Origin: the human T2T-CHM13v2.0 reference genome, Homo sapiens
Assembly (NCBI RefSeq): GCF_009914755.1
Contig: NC_060932.1
Direction: 5' to 3' (one strand)
DNA length: 64,000 nt
Below, piece after piece: positions 24,130 to 45,007 of this stretch. The position numbers and the translations under genes are program-made. Below the pieces are notes generated by a model. It made no database searches. It was not told the origin of the DNA and saw only the letters and a program-made list of their open reading frames with translations. The first letter of the stretch is position 1; every line of letters begins with the position of its first letter.

Positions 24130-25294
24130 CTATGACTTAAAAAAAAAAAACAAGAGTCCCTTCAAAATATTACTGCTCATTGACAATGCACTTGGTCACT
24201 CAAGAGTCCTGACAGAGAGGTACAAGGATATTTTCAGACCTGCAAACACAACATCGCTTCTGAAGCCCATGGTTCAAGGACTAATTCCAACTTTCAAGTC
24301 TTGTAATTTAAGAAATACATTCCCTAACACTATAACTGCCATAGATGGTGATTCCTCTGATGGACTAGAAAAGGAAATTGAAAACATTCTGGAAAGTATT
24401 CATTCTTCTAGATGCCACTCTAGAACATTCATGATTCATGACATCAAAATATCAACATTAACTGTAGTTTGGAAGAAGTTAATTTTAACCTTCATAGGTG
24501 ATTTTGACGGGTTCAAGGTTTCAGTGGAGGAAGCAACAGCAGATGCGATAGAAATAGCAAGAGAACTAGAAGTGGAGCCTGAAGGTGGGACTGAATTTCT
24601 ACAATCAAGGTGGGACTGAATTTCTGCAATCTCATGATAAAACTTGAACAGATGAGGAACTGCTTCTTATGAAGGAGGAGCAAAGAAAGTGGTTTCTTAA
24701 GATAGAATCTACTCTTGGTGAAGGTGCTATTTACATTGTTGTAATAACAATAAAGGATTTAGAGTACTGCATAAACTTAGTTCATAAAGCAGCAGCAGAG
24801 TTTGAGAGTGTTGGCTCCAATTTTGAAAGAAGTTCTATTGCAGGTAAAATGCTATAAAACAGCATTGCATGCTACAGAGAAATAAAAGGAAGAGTCAATT
24901 GCTTCCTTTCTTTCATAAAAGGAAGAGTCAATTGCTCTGGCAAACTCCATTGTTGTCTTAACAAACTGCCACAGCCACCACAATCTTCAGCAACCACCAC
25001 CCTGATCATTCAGCAGCCATCAACATCAAAGCAAGACCCTTCACCAGCAAAAAGATGATGGTTTGCTGAAGGCTCAGATCATTGTTAGCATTTTTAGCAA
25101 TAAAATATTTTGAATTAAGATATGTACATTATTTTTTACACGTAACACAACTGCACACTCAATAGATTACAGTGCAGTGTAAGCATAACTTTTATATGAA
25201 TTAGGGAAAAAATGTATGTGACTCATTTTATTGCAATATTTGCTTTACTGCAGTGGTCTGGAATGGAACCCACAATATTTCTGGGGTGTACCTG
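24130..25294 (+). mobile_element. Tigger1 DNA transposon, 3' half
   Basis: Transposase remnant FKILLLIDNALGH...NTTSLLKPMVQGLIPTFKS (ORF 24071-24619) and EQRKWFL (24669-24857); terminus GCAGTGGTCTGGAATGGAACCCACAATATTTCTGGGGTGTACCTG. Confidence 0.92.
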
Positions 25295-25329
25295 TCACAA
25301 TCTGAGCTTATATAGTACTTCATAGTTGT

Positions 25330-25510
25330 AATTTATTTCATTATTACAATGGCCTTATGATGTTAGTATATTATTGTCCCACTTTCACAGATAAATGAAT
25401 TGATGCACAGAGAGGCTAAACATATCATCCCTGAAAGTCACACAGCTATTAAGAAACAGAGCTGATTTGGAACTCAGGATATCTGGCTCCAGAAACTGTG
25501 CTCTTAACAC
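25330..25510. mobile_element. MIR
   Basis: CCCACTTTCACAGATAAATG...GCACAGAGAGGCTAA...GTCACACAGCTATTAAG...CTGGCTCCAGAAACTGTGCTCTTAAC core. Confidence 0.7.
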
Positions 25511-26218
25511 TGGGCAAGGTGTCATTTATTGACCAACAGCTGGTCTCCCTCACCACACCTTGCTTAGTTTATCATTTGCCTTCAGAGTACTTCACAGTCT
25601 CCTGCAGGCACCTGCCCACCTCTCTAGGGGGCTGTTGGTGCCTGGGCCGACTGGCCCACATGAAGGCTCTAGGATCACACCACTGGTGACTGGTTAAGGG
25701 GCCCACGTGATGTGGTCATTAAAATAAAACTTGGCTTCTGGTGCTGGCCTCATAATATACTCTAGCTCCTAGCAAGACAAGTTTCTCTAGGCCAGGTCCC
25801 CCCTTACATTTTACCCCCAGAATCTAGAGAGCTGTCCCCATTCTCAGACTTTCCACTAATGCTGGGTTCCCAAGCACCTTTCAAGGGGTGAGGGGAATTA
25901 AAGGAGATGTGCTCATGAAAGTAGTTAAAAATCTGTAAATCACAAAGAGACTATATGTTATTATAAAAGTTTTATGTTTTTATAAAGCCTCCAGAATAGT
26001 AGAAAACATGTATTCTTACAAATATTTGTTCAATAATGAATCAATACATATATTCACCATGAGCTGAAAATGCTTCAAAACTTTTAAAAAATCTAAACCG
26101 CAATCAAGGTCTTGTGATAGCAGCAACAGAGCTCTAATGCGATTTGGGTGACTTTGGACTACCTATCTTTACTAACATTTACCAAACTCAGACTCACATC
26201 TTAAGAAATTAGAAAATA

Positions 26219-26858
26219 CACTCCATCTTTGCTATTCGCTGATTCAAGGTTTGTGAATTCATCTGCTTACTAAAATGTATTTGTCACTCCAAAGTCAATA
26301 TTCACAGTGTTTGTACAGTCCTTGCAGACATGGATAGAGAGGCAAAAAATTTGAGAAACCCAATGCACACTCCCAGCTGAAGTCAAACCCTCTGCCTTCT
26401 TGTTTCAGCTCTCACACTGCAAACAAGTATCCTCCCCACATTCCATTTGGTGCCATGTTTTTTGCATTTTGGGGGGCTTTTTGTTGATGATTCTGCTGTT
26501 TAAAATAACACCCTAACTATGGTGCTGTCTATGGTTCCTAAGTGCAAGAAGGCTGTGATGTTATTCAAGGGGAAAAATACATGCATTAGATAAGCTTCCT
26601 TCAGACACGAGTTACAGTGCTGTTGTCCATGAGTTCAATGTTAATGAATCAATGATATGTATTAAGCAAGGTGTCTTTAAATAGAAACACACAAAAAACA
26701 AGCTCATGTATTGATCAGTGGACAAAAATGTTTTGACTAGTGGCTTGCAGTGACCTAACCCTGTATTTTTCCTGGGAGCAATGCTTCTGAATTTACTAAT
26801 TCAGAGTTCACAGCGACATTATAGAATACAACTGCCACTAATAAGAAGAAGCAACTGT
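26219..26858 (-). mobile_element. MER82-like TcMar-Tigger element
   Basis: Ends CCTAACCCTGTATTTTTCCTGGGAGCAATG...CAACTG-TA, the reverse of the MER82 start; TA at both flanks. Confidence 0.75.
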
Positions 26859-27125
26859 ATATTTCTAAGATAATAATCACATAACAGAAAACACTGATTT
26901 TTTAAAATCCCAGTAGCTAGCAAGAAGCCTTTTCTGGACAAAATCTATAGTTCAAGCATTCAAATCTCCATGTCATAATTTATCCCAGGATTTATTTCAT
27001 CGGCCCCAAGCCACCCAGAAAATAACCTGCTCTATAGTGTTCTGTGGCTGATGCCCAATTCATGAGAGTCCCTGTTATACAGCTACTTAGAGCTCTGAGT
27101 ACTGATAGGATAAAGAGCTGCAATT

Positions 27126-27293
27126 ATCCAGGCATGGTGTCTCATGCCTGTGGTCCAGCTACTCAGGAGAGAGGCCAAAGGATCACTTAGGTCCAGGAGT
27201 TCAAGGTTGCAGTGAGGGATGATCTGATGGTGCCACTGCACTCCAGCCTGGGTGACAAAGCATGACCCCATCTCTTAAAAACTAAAATAAAAT
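27126..27293 (+). mobile_element. Alu monomer (FAM/FRAM-like)
   Basis: Single arm CCAGGCATGGTG...CCACTGCACTCCAGCCTGGGTGAC plus A tail; degenerate TSD AAAGAGCTGCAA / AAATAGCTATAA. Confidence 0.8.
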
Positions 27294-28610
27294 AGCTATA
27301 AACAGTATTTTATAATTTATCATAATCTCAAAGGTAGTGGAATAAAAAGTTAACATTTAATTCAAAGCCCAAGTAAAGGGCAATATTTGATGAGCTGTTT
27401 TCTTCATGAGACTTGGATCTGGTTTTCAGATGCCTATTTCTCCTCTTCTCTTTCTAGTCAACACCCCATACACCTGGAATCCTCTGAATCCATCCAACAT
27501 TCAATCCACCTATAAAGGCTCAGCCCAAGCCCTCCTTTCATCTTTCCTCACTCCATCTTTTCCTTCCTTCTCTTCTCCAGCGAATGATTATTGAGCAGCT
27601 AATGGATGCCAAGCCCTGCTCTAAGCACTAAGGATACAGAAAGTGAGGCCCCTGAGCTTATGGGCTTCATTCCATGAGAGGCAGACAGTAAAAAGTGAGG
27701 GCCATAAAGGAAATGAACAAAAGCTGCAGGTGGGGAGGGGAGGAGGGGACACAGCAGATGACAGGTCAGGCTGTGTGATGAGGTGATAGAAGAGGTCCGC
27801 TTTCGGGGTTGGACGAGGCCAGAGGCAGGAGAAGGACACTCCAGGAAACATCAAGTGTCAAACCTCAACGTGGGCAGGAGCTCACAGTGCCCACGGCATG
27901 GTAAGGAAGCCAGGGCGGTGGAGCACGTCGGTGAGGGCGAGACCAGACTTGCAGTACCACAAAGGAAACAAGCTTCCCGCCGCAGCTCCATCCACATGTC
28001 CAATCCCATCCTGACCGCGACTGCGCGGCGGAGAACTGGTTAAGCTGCCCCGGAGTACCAGGGTGAAATGTCAATTCTGATGGGTGTATATTTTGGTCAC
28101 AGCTTCATTACCATGGAAACATGTGGACACTGTGTTCTTACTTTGAGCCTGGCAGCGGGGGTGTATGAGGCCAGCTCCGGGGTAGGTGCTGCTGCATCTG
28201 CCTGGATGCCTGAAGACTGCCCTTGTTTTCAGCGAGGTTAATGACTTCGTGAGGATTGAGTTCAGGGTCAGCAGTTCTTTATCTGCTTTCCCTTGAGCAC
28301 AGCGTGATCTTTAACCCACGCACCTGGCTCTTCATTAAGGAGATTTTTGTTTTATTTTATACTCACATGATTATTTTTCTGTCCCATTTGGTGAACTCTG
28401 TCCTCCCAGCACTGTTTTAGCTGGATTATTTTGTCTTCTCTATCAATTACTTTTTGCTCTCAATGAATTCATCTTTTTCAGTTTTCTTTGGATTCCTGTT
28501 GATTAGCTCAAGCCAGTTATTTATCATTTTGTGTTCAGCTGTGCCTATTTTCCTCTTAGTTCTTCTCAGTATAGGTAATAGTTCTGGGATGATGTTGTTT
28601 GGGTTCTTAA

Positions 28611-28962
<352 letters not shown>

Positions 28963-30431
28963 CTTATCAGCTTTTCTTTAAGGCCTTACCTTATTGAATG
29001 TAAGCTTTCCAGGGTTTTCTATAGTGTAAATTACTAGAGTGGAATGTCCCCTGTTTTTGGATTTTCCAGATGATAGGCTGACCCCTCACTGTCCTGGTGC
29101 ATTTTTCTTCACATTCAGAACTTGTCTCTTGGTGCTCCTCCTGGGCAGGGTGCTCATGACCAGACTCTGCTTGCTGATACACAGTGTGGGAGGCATCTCT
29201 TTGTTATCCCCCTCAGCACTATAGTTTGAAGCCTAGGAAGATCTAGCTGTACACACTTTCCTCTAACCTGAAGGCACAGGAGAGCAGATGGAGAAGCCCA
29301 GCAGAGGCCCAGCGCAGGCTCTGTGAGGACGCCTGGGCTCCACTCTCTCTTCAGAGGATAACTGCAGATGGTGGATCATTCCCCTAACTCAGGGAAGGGC
29401 CTGAGAATGTGCTTCTCCCATTTCTCCAACATTTCTGCTGCCCACCAAACAGAAGAGAGCAAAAACAATAATGCGCATGTAGTTCACTTTTATCCTGAGT
29501 CTGAGATGGGAGTAGCTGACCCTCACCTTGGGGTACTACATGCACATGCTGTCTTAATTACTTTAAATATATTAACCAATTTTAACCATTACAGCTTCAC
29601 TTTGAGGTGGGAGCTGTTTTCATCCCCATTTTACAGATGAGGAAGCTGAGTCACTGAGAAGTTAAGTTAGAAGTTAGGTTATGCCCAAAATCACATAACT
29701 AGAGGTAGAAGCTGTCTGACTTCAAAATCTGTGCTCTCAGATATTATCCTAGACTGGGTCCCAGGTTTCATGTTTCTCTTTCACTAGCCACAGTCAGTGC
29801 AGGAAGCCTCATCCCCCCATCAGCCAGCCTGCTCCTGGATCTTAGTCAAGATACTCCTAGGAAGCAGCTCCCCAGGACGGAGGTAGTAGCAATGCCCTCT
29901 ACTCCGTCATTTTTCAGACTAACTTCACTAATTCTTCCTCCACCTGCCACTAAACTTTCTCATCATCTGCATTCCCTATACTCAGTGGTTTCACGTGCTC
30001 CCCACTTAAAGTAGAAACTAGAAACAATAGAATAATCCTTGATTCAGATTTCTACTACACCTTCCTGAATTAATCACCAAGTGCCAAATATTTTACTTTC
30101 TAAAATTTTCTCAGATTTATCCCTTTCTCTCCATGCTTGGTACAACTATGTTAGTAGAAACCTTCATGAGTTACAATTTGATTATTGCAACTGTTTTTCT
30201 GCCTCTTGTGTCTTGCAAATCTGTCTTTCACGCAACAGCTGGTGTAATCTATTTAAATAAAATCTGGAGTCCCTTGATGAAAAGCCTTCAATGGTCTCCT
30301 ATAGCCGGCACCTTCCCTAGTGTGGTGTGTGCAAGGCCAACCTCGACCCGTCCTCTGTATCTCTCTAGCCTTATCTCCTTACTCAAGTGCTCGGCTTTGG
30401 GATCTCTGGAATAACTACAGTTGTTGTGGGG

Positions 30432-30552
30432 TTTTTTGTTTTTGTTTTTGTTTTTAATTAGACAAGGTCTCACTCTTTCACCCAGGCTGGAGAGCGGTGG
30501 TGCTGTCACAGCTCACTGCAGCCTGGAACTGCTGGACTTAAGTGACCCTCCC
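30432..30552 (-). mobile_element. Alu fragment
   Basis: T-rich tail then GACAAGGTCTCACTCTTTCACCCAGGCTGGAG...GCTCACTGCAGCCT; ends abruptly. Confidence 0.85.
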
Positions 30553-31021
30553 TTGGAAGGACCTTCTTCCTTCCCCTGTTCATCACTTTCTGAAGTCAGT
30601 AGTGTTAGATTTTGTTCATTGTTTGACTTGTGGTGGTAAATTTGGGGGCAGGAAGGAAGAGAGTTTAGGGAGTCTGAGCCTTTGGGGTTTATTTTACAAT
30701 TTTTGACCATTTTACCAGGTACTAAGTGACAGAGATTCTATGATCCATTTTCATTCTGCCGTGTTTGCCCAGATGTTTCTGAGCGAAGTCTTTATCTTTT
30801 TTGAGGGCATAATAGGGATACATGGGATAAAACAGAAGCACAGAGGCAGGGCTCCTACTCCCTCGGTTCTGATTAGGAAAGGCTTCTTACAGAACATTGA
30901 CTTTTGAGTTGAGACTCGAAGGATACATGGGAATCAGATAGGTGAAACCATTGCAGAAATGTATTTGAGAATGATGTACAAGGCAGAGAATCTAGAAATA
31001 GCAGTTGTATAAACAGAACTA

Positions 31022-31319
31022 GGCCAGGTATGGTGGCTCACACCTGTCATCTCAGCACTTTGGGAGGCTGAAGCAAGAGGATTGCTTGAGGCCAGGAGTT
31101 CAAGACCAGCCTGGGCAACACAGTGAGACCCCCTACTCTCCAAAAACTTCCAAAATTCACTGTGTGTGGTGGTACATGCCTGTGGTCCCAGCTACTCAGG
31201 AGGCCGAGGTGGGAAGATCACTTCAGTCCAGCAGTTCGAGGCCGCACTGAGCCGCGATGGCACCACTACACTCCAGCCTGGGTGAAAAAGCAAGACTTTG
31301 TCTAATTAAAAGCAAAAAC
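31022..31319 (+). mobile_element. AluJ
   Basis: GGCCAGGTATGGTGGCTCAC...GGATTGCTTGAGGCCAGGAGTTCAAGACC; diverged right arm; tail directly abuts the RPL21 retrocopy. Confidence 0.9.
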
Positions 31320-31320
31320 T

Positions 31321-32472
<1,152 letters not shown>

Positions 32473-33289
32473 CATAGTTCAGAGATCCTAAATCCTAGAT
32501 CTTAAGTAAGAAGACGAGGCTAGAGAAATAAAGAGGACAGGTCGAGGTTGGCTTTGTACACAACATAGCAGGGAAGTTGCCGGCTATCAGAAGCCATTGA
32601 AGACTTTTGATCAAGGGACTTCAGATTTTGTCTAAATATATCACACCAGCTGTTATGTGAAAGGAGATTTTGCAAGGCACAAGAGGCAGAAAAACTAGTT
32701 GATAAACTATTGCAATAATCTAATGGGTAAACTCATGAAGGTTTCTATCAAGATAGTTGTGCCAAGTATGGCGAGAACAAAATAGATCCGAGAAAATTTT
32801 AGAAAGCAAAATATTTGACATTTGGCGATTAATTCAGGTACAGTAGGAATCTGAATCAAAGATGACTCTATTATTTCTAGTTTCTAATTTAAGTGGGTAG
32901 CAAGTGAAACCACTGAGTATGGGGAATGCAGATGATGGGAAAATTTAGTGGTAGGTGAAGGAAGAATTAGTGAATTTAGTTTGAAAAATGTACAATTTGT
33001 GTTGCCTATTGTATATGAAATAACTAAGAAGAAATATCAGCCTCTATCCAGAAGAGATTTCTTTCTCCAATAACATTTTTACATGCATACTCTTCTGGTA
33101 TTTACCAAAAACTTTCTTATATACACAATGTACATTTGAATCTAGTTTTTCTTGCTAGATTGCAAACTTGATAATAGGAGGCATATTGTGTAATTTATTT
33201 TTATAAGCTCCAGAGTGCCTGTATAGCACAAATACTTGCATGTAATTCGTGCTTAATTTATGTGATGAGTTAAAAGATGGCTAGAAGGA

Positions 33290-33440
33290 TAAATGCATGG
33301 ATGGATGCATGGATGGATGGTTGGATGGATGGATGGTGGCTCATGAATGGATGCATGGATGGATGGGTTGATGCATGGATGGATGGATGGATGGATGGAT
33401 GGATGATGGATCATGGATGGATAGATGAATGCATGGACAA
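33290..33440. repeat. (TGGA)n imperfect microsatellite
   Basis: Direct read. Confidence 0.95.
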
Positions 33441-34753
33441 ATGGAGTAATGACTTCAAGCAGACTCTACAGATATAAGGTGACAGAAAAAAATATGAAAA
33501 ATGGAACCCAAGTAATAGAATTCTAAACCGATATTTGCTACCAGAAAATATGAGTTTTGTTTTATGTTTGTTTAAATTTATAAGCTGGATGTCTTTCAGA
33601 GACTTAAATTTATCAAAGAATCAGAAAAAAGAGTAGTCTTAAACTATAAAGTAAGATAGATTTATGTAGCTGCTAGGAAGCATTTAGACTTATGAAACAC
33701 ATTAAAAGTGAGGCAACATGATTAGCAGTGTTAATAGTACTGAAGGTGATTTCTATGGTAACTCAGTATATCAATTATGTGCACATTATTATTTCAAAAG
33801 ATAATTTTTCAAACTACAATCTCATAGCCTGTAAAAATTAAAATATCCATTAAACAGCTCAATTACCTCTGCTGTTTAATGGGTAGCTAGGTTTCCATTA
33901 AGGATTCATGTTCAGTTCATTCTTGTTGATGATTTACCCCTTGTACTTCTTCACCCTCCTGCAGCTTCAGATTACACTCGTGACAAGCTCCCTTTCTAGC
34001 ATGAATGTACATTTCCTAATTATTATTATTACAGAAATTATGTTTGACCTGATTGGTCTGTAGGAAATGAACTGCTCACCTTTTAGAATCAATAGCCATT
34101 TAATACATCAGCAAACTAATTAGCTAAAGAGCAGCCCAATACCCTGAGGCTAATCATCCACCTCTAAAAGGTAGAGAATTTATTCCCTCTCTACTAGTGA
34201 AGTGAGCCCTAGTATTATTTACGGAGAGAAATCCTTAGATTTCCCAGCAATTAAATTCAACTGTTGCCCTTTAGAGTCAAAGTTAGTATTTCAAGTGAAA
34301 GCACATCCCACCCTCCTTCCCAAAACAACCACCTTTAGAACAACTTGGGCTTGAATTTTCCACACTCTTTGACCTTGAACAAGTTTCCTAACATCTCTGA
34401 GCCTGTATTCGTATCCATAAAATAATCTTATAAGGTTATTGTGTGTGTTCATGAGACAATACGTGCAAAGACCAGCATATATATTAGAAATGATCCATCA
34501 GTATCACCTTGACTAATGATGGATTGTGAGATTAAATCTACAAGACAGACTTTCCCTTATGGAAGCAGTGCCATTCCACTATCAAATTTAGCTGATGCAA
34601 TTTCCTGGTTTCCAATTTCCACCTGCAGCACAAACATAAAGTCTTCTAGCCTGGTTTGGTTCTGGAAGCATCAACCAAAGCTCCCCACAGATACAGAGAG
34701 TCTACTTCCACCCCACGCAATCCTCCCCTGCCCACCAAAGAACACACATTTAA

Positions 34754-40046
<5,293 letters not shown>

Positions 40047-40685
40047 TGAAAGAGAGAAACACTAAGGATGGTAATAAGTGAAATGGGTCAGATTTCACTG
40101 CTTGCAGATTTGACTGCTGTCCACGCAGACTGTGCTTCTCCTTTAGCCCAACACAATGTAGTTTTCTCTTCCCACCTCTCTGCCTGAACCTGTTCTATTT
40201 CATTATTCTTTAATAGCCAGTCCTGCTAAGCTGAACTTATCATCGTTTATAATAAACAATGTTGTCTATATCTTTATTCATTCTGAAAACTTCTATCAAG
40301 CAGCTACTTTGGGCCAGGCTATAAGTAGATATGGGTCCTGCCCTCCAGCACTTACCCACGAGAGGGGAGAGCCTAGGTGCACACAGAAAAAGGACAATAC
40401 AATACTGAGCATGCTTCGGGATTAGGAACATAAGAGCTTTGCACCCACTCACCACTGGTACCACCTACAGCCACTCCTGCAAACTGAAGTCATCTCAGGG
40501 AGGCGGTCACTTGCCAGCTGTCTAATCCGTCCTGCCTGCTCTCAGCCAGCTCTTCCTCACTAAGCTCTGCTGTCTTTGATACCCTCTTCTTTTCAACCAG
40601 AGCCTGCTGCCCTTGGCTTATCAGAGGCTCCTCCCTGCTGTCATCTCCAGCTCTGCCCACAGCACCTGCTTGTGCATTCAGTGTC

Positions 40686-41042
40686 TGCATGGACTGAATG
40701 CTTGTGTCCTACCAAAATTCAAATGTCAGAATCCTAACCCCCCATGAGATAGTATTAAAAGGCGGGGCCTTTGGAAAGTGATTAGATCCTGAGGGTGGAG
40801 CCCTCATGGATGGAATTAGTGCCCTTAAAAAAGGGACCCCAGAGACACCCTCTTCTTTTCTACCATGTGAGGACAAAGCAGGAAAGTGGCCATCTATGAT
40901 CAGAAAGCAGGTTCTCACCAGACCCCAAATCTCCCACTGCCTCTATCTTGGACTTCCCAGGTTCCAGACCTGTGAAAAATAAATGCTGGCTGTGTAAGGC
41001 ACCCAGGCTATGGTATTCCGGCAGCTTGCACAGGCTAAGACA
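40686..41042 (+). mobile_element. MLT1A-like MaLR LTR
   Basis: ATGGACTGAATGCTTGTGTCC...GAGGGTGGAGCCCTCATGGATGGAATTAGTGCCCTT...AATAAATG...CTAAGACA. Confidence 0.85.
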
Positions 41043-41215
41043 GCACCTGTGCTTGGGTCAGTTGGGGTTCATGGCTCTCCTCTTGACCATTCCACAGCTC
41101 TCTCCTCCCCAGCCCTTCTTCCAGGACCAGGGTGCCAAAACACTCAGGCCACTCCACAAGCACTGAGAGGGTGCTGAGACCCTCTAAGAGGTCTTGCAAG
41201 ATCAAAACTATTTCC

Positions 41216-41560
41216 TTTTTTTTCACTTTTAGTTTAGCTTCCGGGGTAGATGTGCAGGTTTGTTACATGGGTAAACTCATGTCACCAGGGTTTGTTGTAC
41301 ACATTATTTGATCACCCAGGTACTAAGCCTAGTACCCAATAGTTATTTTTCCTGATCCTCTCCCTCCTCCCACCCTCTATCCTCGAAAGGCTCCATTGTC
41401 TATTGTTCCCGTCTTTGTGCCTATGTGTTCTCATCATTTAACTCCCATTTATAAGTGAGAACATGGGGTATCTGGTTTTCTGTTCTGCATTAGTTTGCTA
41501 ATGATAATGGGCTCCAGCTCCAACCATGCTCCTGCAAAGGACATGATCTCGTTCTTCTTC
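41216..41560 (-). mobile_element. Old L1PA 3' end
   Basis: GATGTGCAGGTTTGTTACATGGGTAAAC...CACCCAGGTACTAAGCCTAGTACCCAATAGTTATTTTTCCTGATCCTCTCCCTCCTCCCACCC...ATAAGTGAGAACATG. Confidence 0.9.
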
Positions 41561-42483
41561 GGCCATTTGCACTAATGGTGGGTTAAATTGCTGGTGTTTA
41601 GCAGGAATCAGACAATGACACCAAACTGTGCTAGAAGTCAGTGAGCTCAAAGCTGAAGTTTAAAAAAATTGCCAGTTTTACATAAGCACTTCACTTTATT
41701 GATGAAGCTGTAACAATTATTAACTTTAAGTCTCTACCTTTGAGTATGCATCTTTGTAATATTCTGTGTGATGAAATAGGAAGTATGTATGAAGCACTTC
41801 AGCTGCACGGGAAAGTATAACAGTTGTGCCACACAAAAATACATGTGATCATTTGAGTCGCAAGCTGTACTAACCACTTCTTTCATACGACACCATTTTT
41901 ACTTAAAGAAATATTGCAAACCACCTATTGCTATTCAGAATTGGGTCTTATTTTTTCCAAGATGAACCAAGTGAGCTTGTCACTTCAAGGAAAACAACTG
42001 ACAGTATTTCTTGCTGATATAAGATCCAATCTTTCAAGCCAAAACTTAAATTTTAGAACATTCCAAAATAAAGACTTTCATGGTAAAGTCAGTAGTCCTT
42101 CTAACAAATATAATTTTTTGATATCATGTAATGAAATGCATTGACATTTGGAAAATCTGCATAACTTGGTGAACCAATGTTTTCCAAATAACCAATGCAT
42201 GAAGGTTCAGAAGCATACATGGGTTATAAAGCTCCATCCAAAGTGAGAGAACCCATTGGATTTGAATGTTATGGAGTATAAAACGATATTGGCAGGGTTT
42301 CAGACTTCACGCTGCAATTAGCCTTTAAGAAACTGTCACTGGTCCAATCTGGTATAGTATCAAAGACAAATATCCACAATTTTCTGAAAAGCCTTTTGAT
42401 ATTAATATATCCATTTTCTAACTACATATATGTGTGAGACTGGGTTTTCTTTATATACTTCAATCAAAACAACACATTTGTAG

Positions 42484-42990
<507 letters not shown>

Positions 42991-44599
42991 TAATTGTCAT
43001 TCTCATTTTTAAATGGATTTAATAAATATATATTTTTAATCTTCTCGGGTTTATTCCCTAACTTGGAAAATATAGATATCACCCACATAAACACACACTC
43101 TTTGTGTCCTCAACAGTTTTTAAAAATGTAAAAAGGATCGGAGACCAGGAAGCTTGAGAACCACCATGCTATGTGTCTCTGGCTTACCCCAACCATGAGA
43201 CATTAGTGGGAAACCAGCTTCAGGGGGAGCCCTAGGAACACTGCAATCTTTCAGTAGTCAGGGAAGGCATCATAAAGAAGGCCTCTTATGAGCTGCCACC
43301 TGAAGGATGTACAAATTATCTAAGGAGTTTGTGTTCTCCTTAGATAGCTCTCTAAAAGAGCATAATAATGCCTGTTGAGTAGTATGATGGAAGAACTCTG
43401 GACCAAGAGTCATAAAATAGGATGTTACTATTCTATAATATAGAGCCATTGATTTATCATATATAGGTTTCCTGACCTATAAAATGCAGACATTTCTCAG
43501 CCTTCCTTGCACATGGGTGTGGCCACATGACTGCTACTTAGTTAATAAAGGCAGGCAGCAAGTTATGTGCAACTTCTGCATCACGCTAGGAAGTTGCTTA
43601 CATCCACTTTCTCTTTCCCACTTTTCACTGGCTGGAAAATGGCAACTGCTAGAGAAGCCTGCTTGGACCCTGAGATATCTACTTGTTGAGGATGGCAGAG
43701 CCACCTAAGGAACCTGGTAACAGGGTGGCCTCAGAGAGCAATGCCACTTAATCTACCCTGAGCTATCTGGTTAGCTCTGGGCTGTTATGTGAGGGAGAAA
43801 TAAATGTCTAGATTATTGAAACAACTTTTCTATTCATCTCTTTGTTGCAATTTTTGCTTCTACCAAAACTGATGCAGAGCTGAAGACAATTTCTTGGTCC
43901 TCAACTAAGTAGCAAACATGTTGGTGTTTCTGCATTCACAAATTCAACTCTCAGAAATGCAAGGGCTAATTCATCATCAAGAAACAAAATCAATGCACAT
44001 TATAACCCTGTCTAAAAGCACTGAGACAGGTATGATTTTCAGTTATTTTTCTGCAGGCATTTAATTACACCTTGACTGAACATGCAAATGTCCCCATTAG
44101 GATTGTTTTCTTTGCTAGTAAAATATTTTGCTCAGTTATAACCACTTATTTTTTCTTGACATCATTTATTCCTCTGACTGAATAGAATCTGAATTCACTG
44201 ATTGGGTGGATGTCAAGTTGAAAGCCCATATAGTTCAAAAACAGGATAACCGTTTTTCTTACAATTATATAGTTCATGAACACAGAGGCTTTGGATAATG
44301 TGTCATATAGGTCACTCCTGAGACCAATCAATATAAACAGAAATGGCAAGAGAAATAAGACAGAGGTGTAGAACAATAGGAGTTTCTAAAGTTCAATGAA
44401 GTAGAAAAAGGTTTGACTGTAGGCTTTAAACTGGCTTGTCATAAAAGACAATCCTTTTAGAGTCTCTGAACTAGAAGAAGTTTGGCAAGTAATATAAAAA
44501 GTAGAGTATGCCCACACAGTCCAAAATTAGATAGAGAACTACCTGGTGCATTTGCTCTACAGAGACCTCTACATGAGAATAAAATCTAAGGTTTTTCTT

Positions 44600-45007
<408 letters not shown>

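Noticed and set aside
24071-24619. 182-aa ORF as a domesticated TIGD-like gene
   Set aside because: Starts within the LTR, drifts out of frame relative to the transposase and lacks the N-terminal DNA-binding domains.
33277-33477. WMDG-repeat ORF
   Set aside because: Translation of the (TGGA)n microsatellite.
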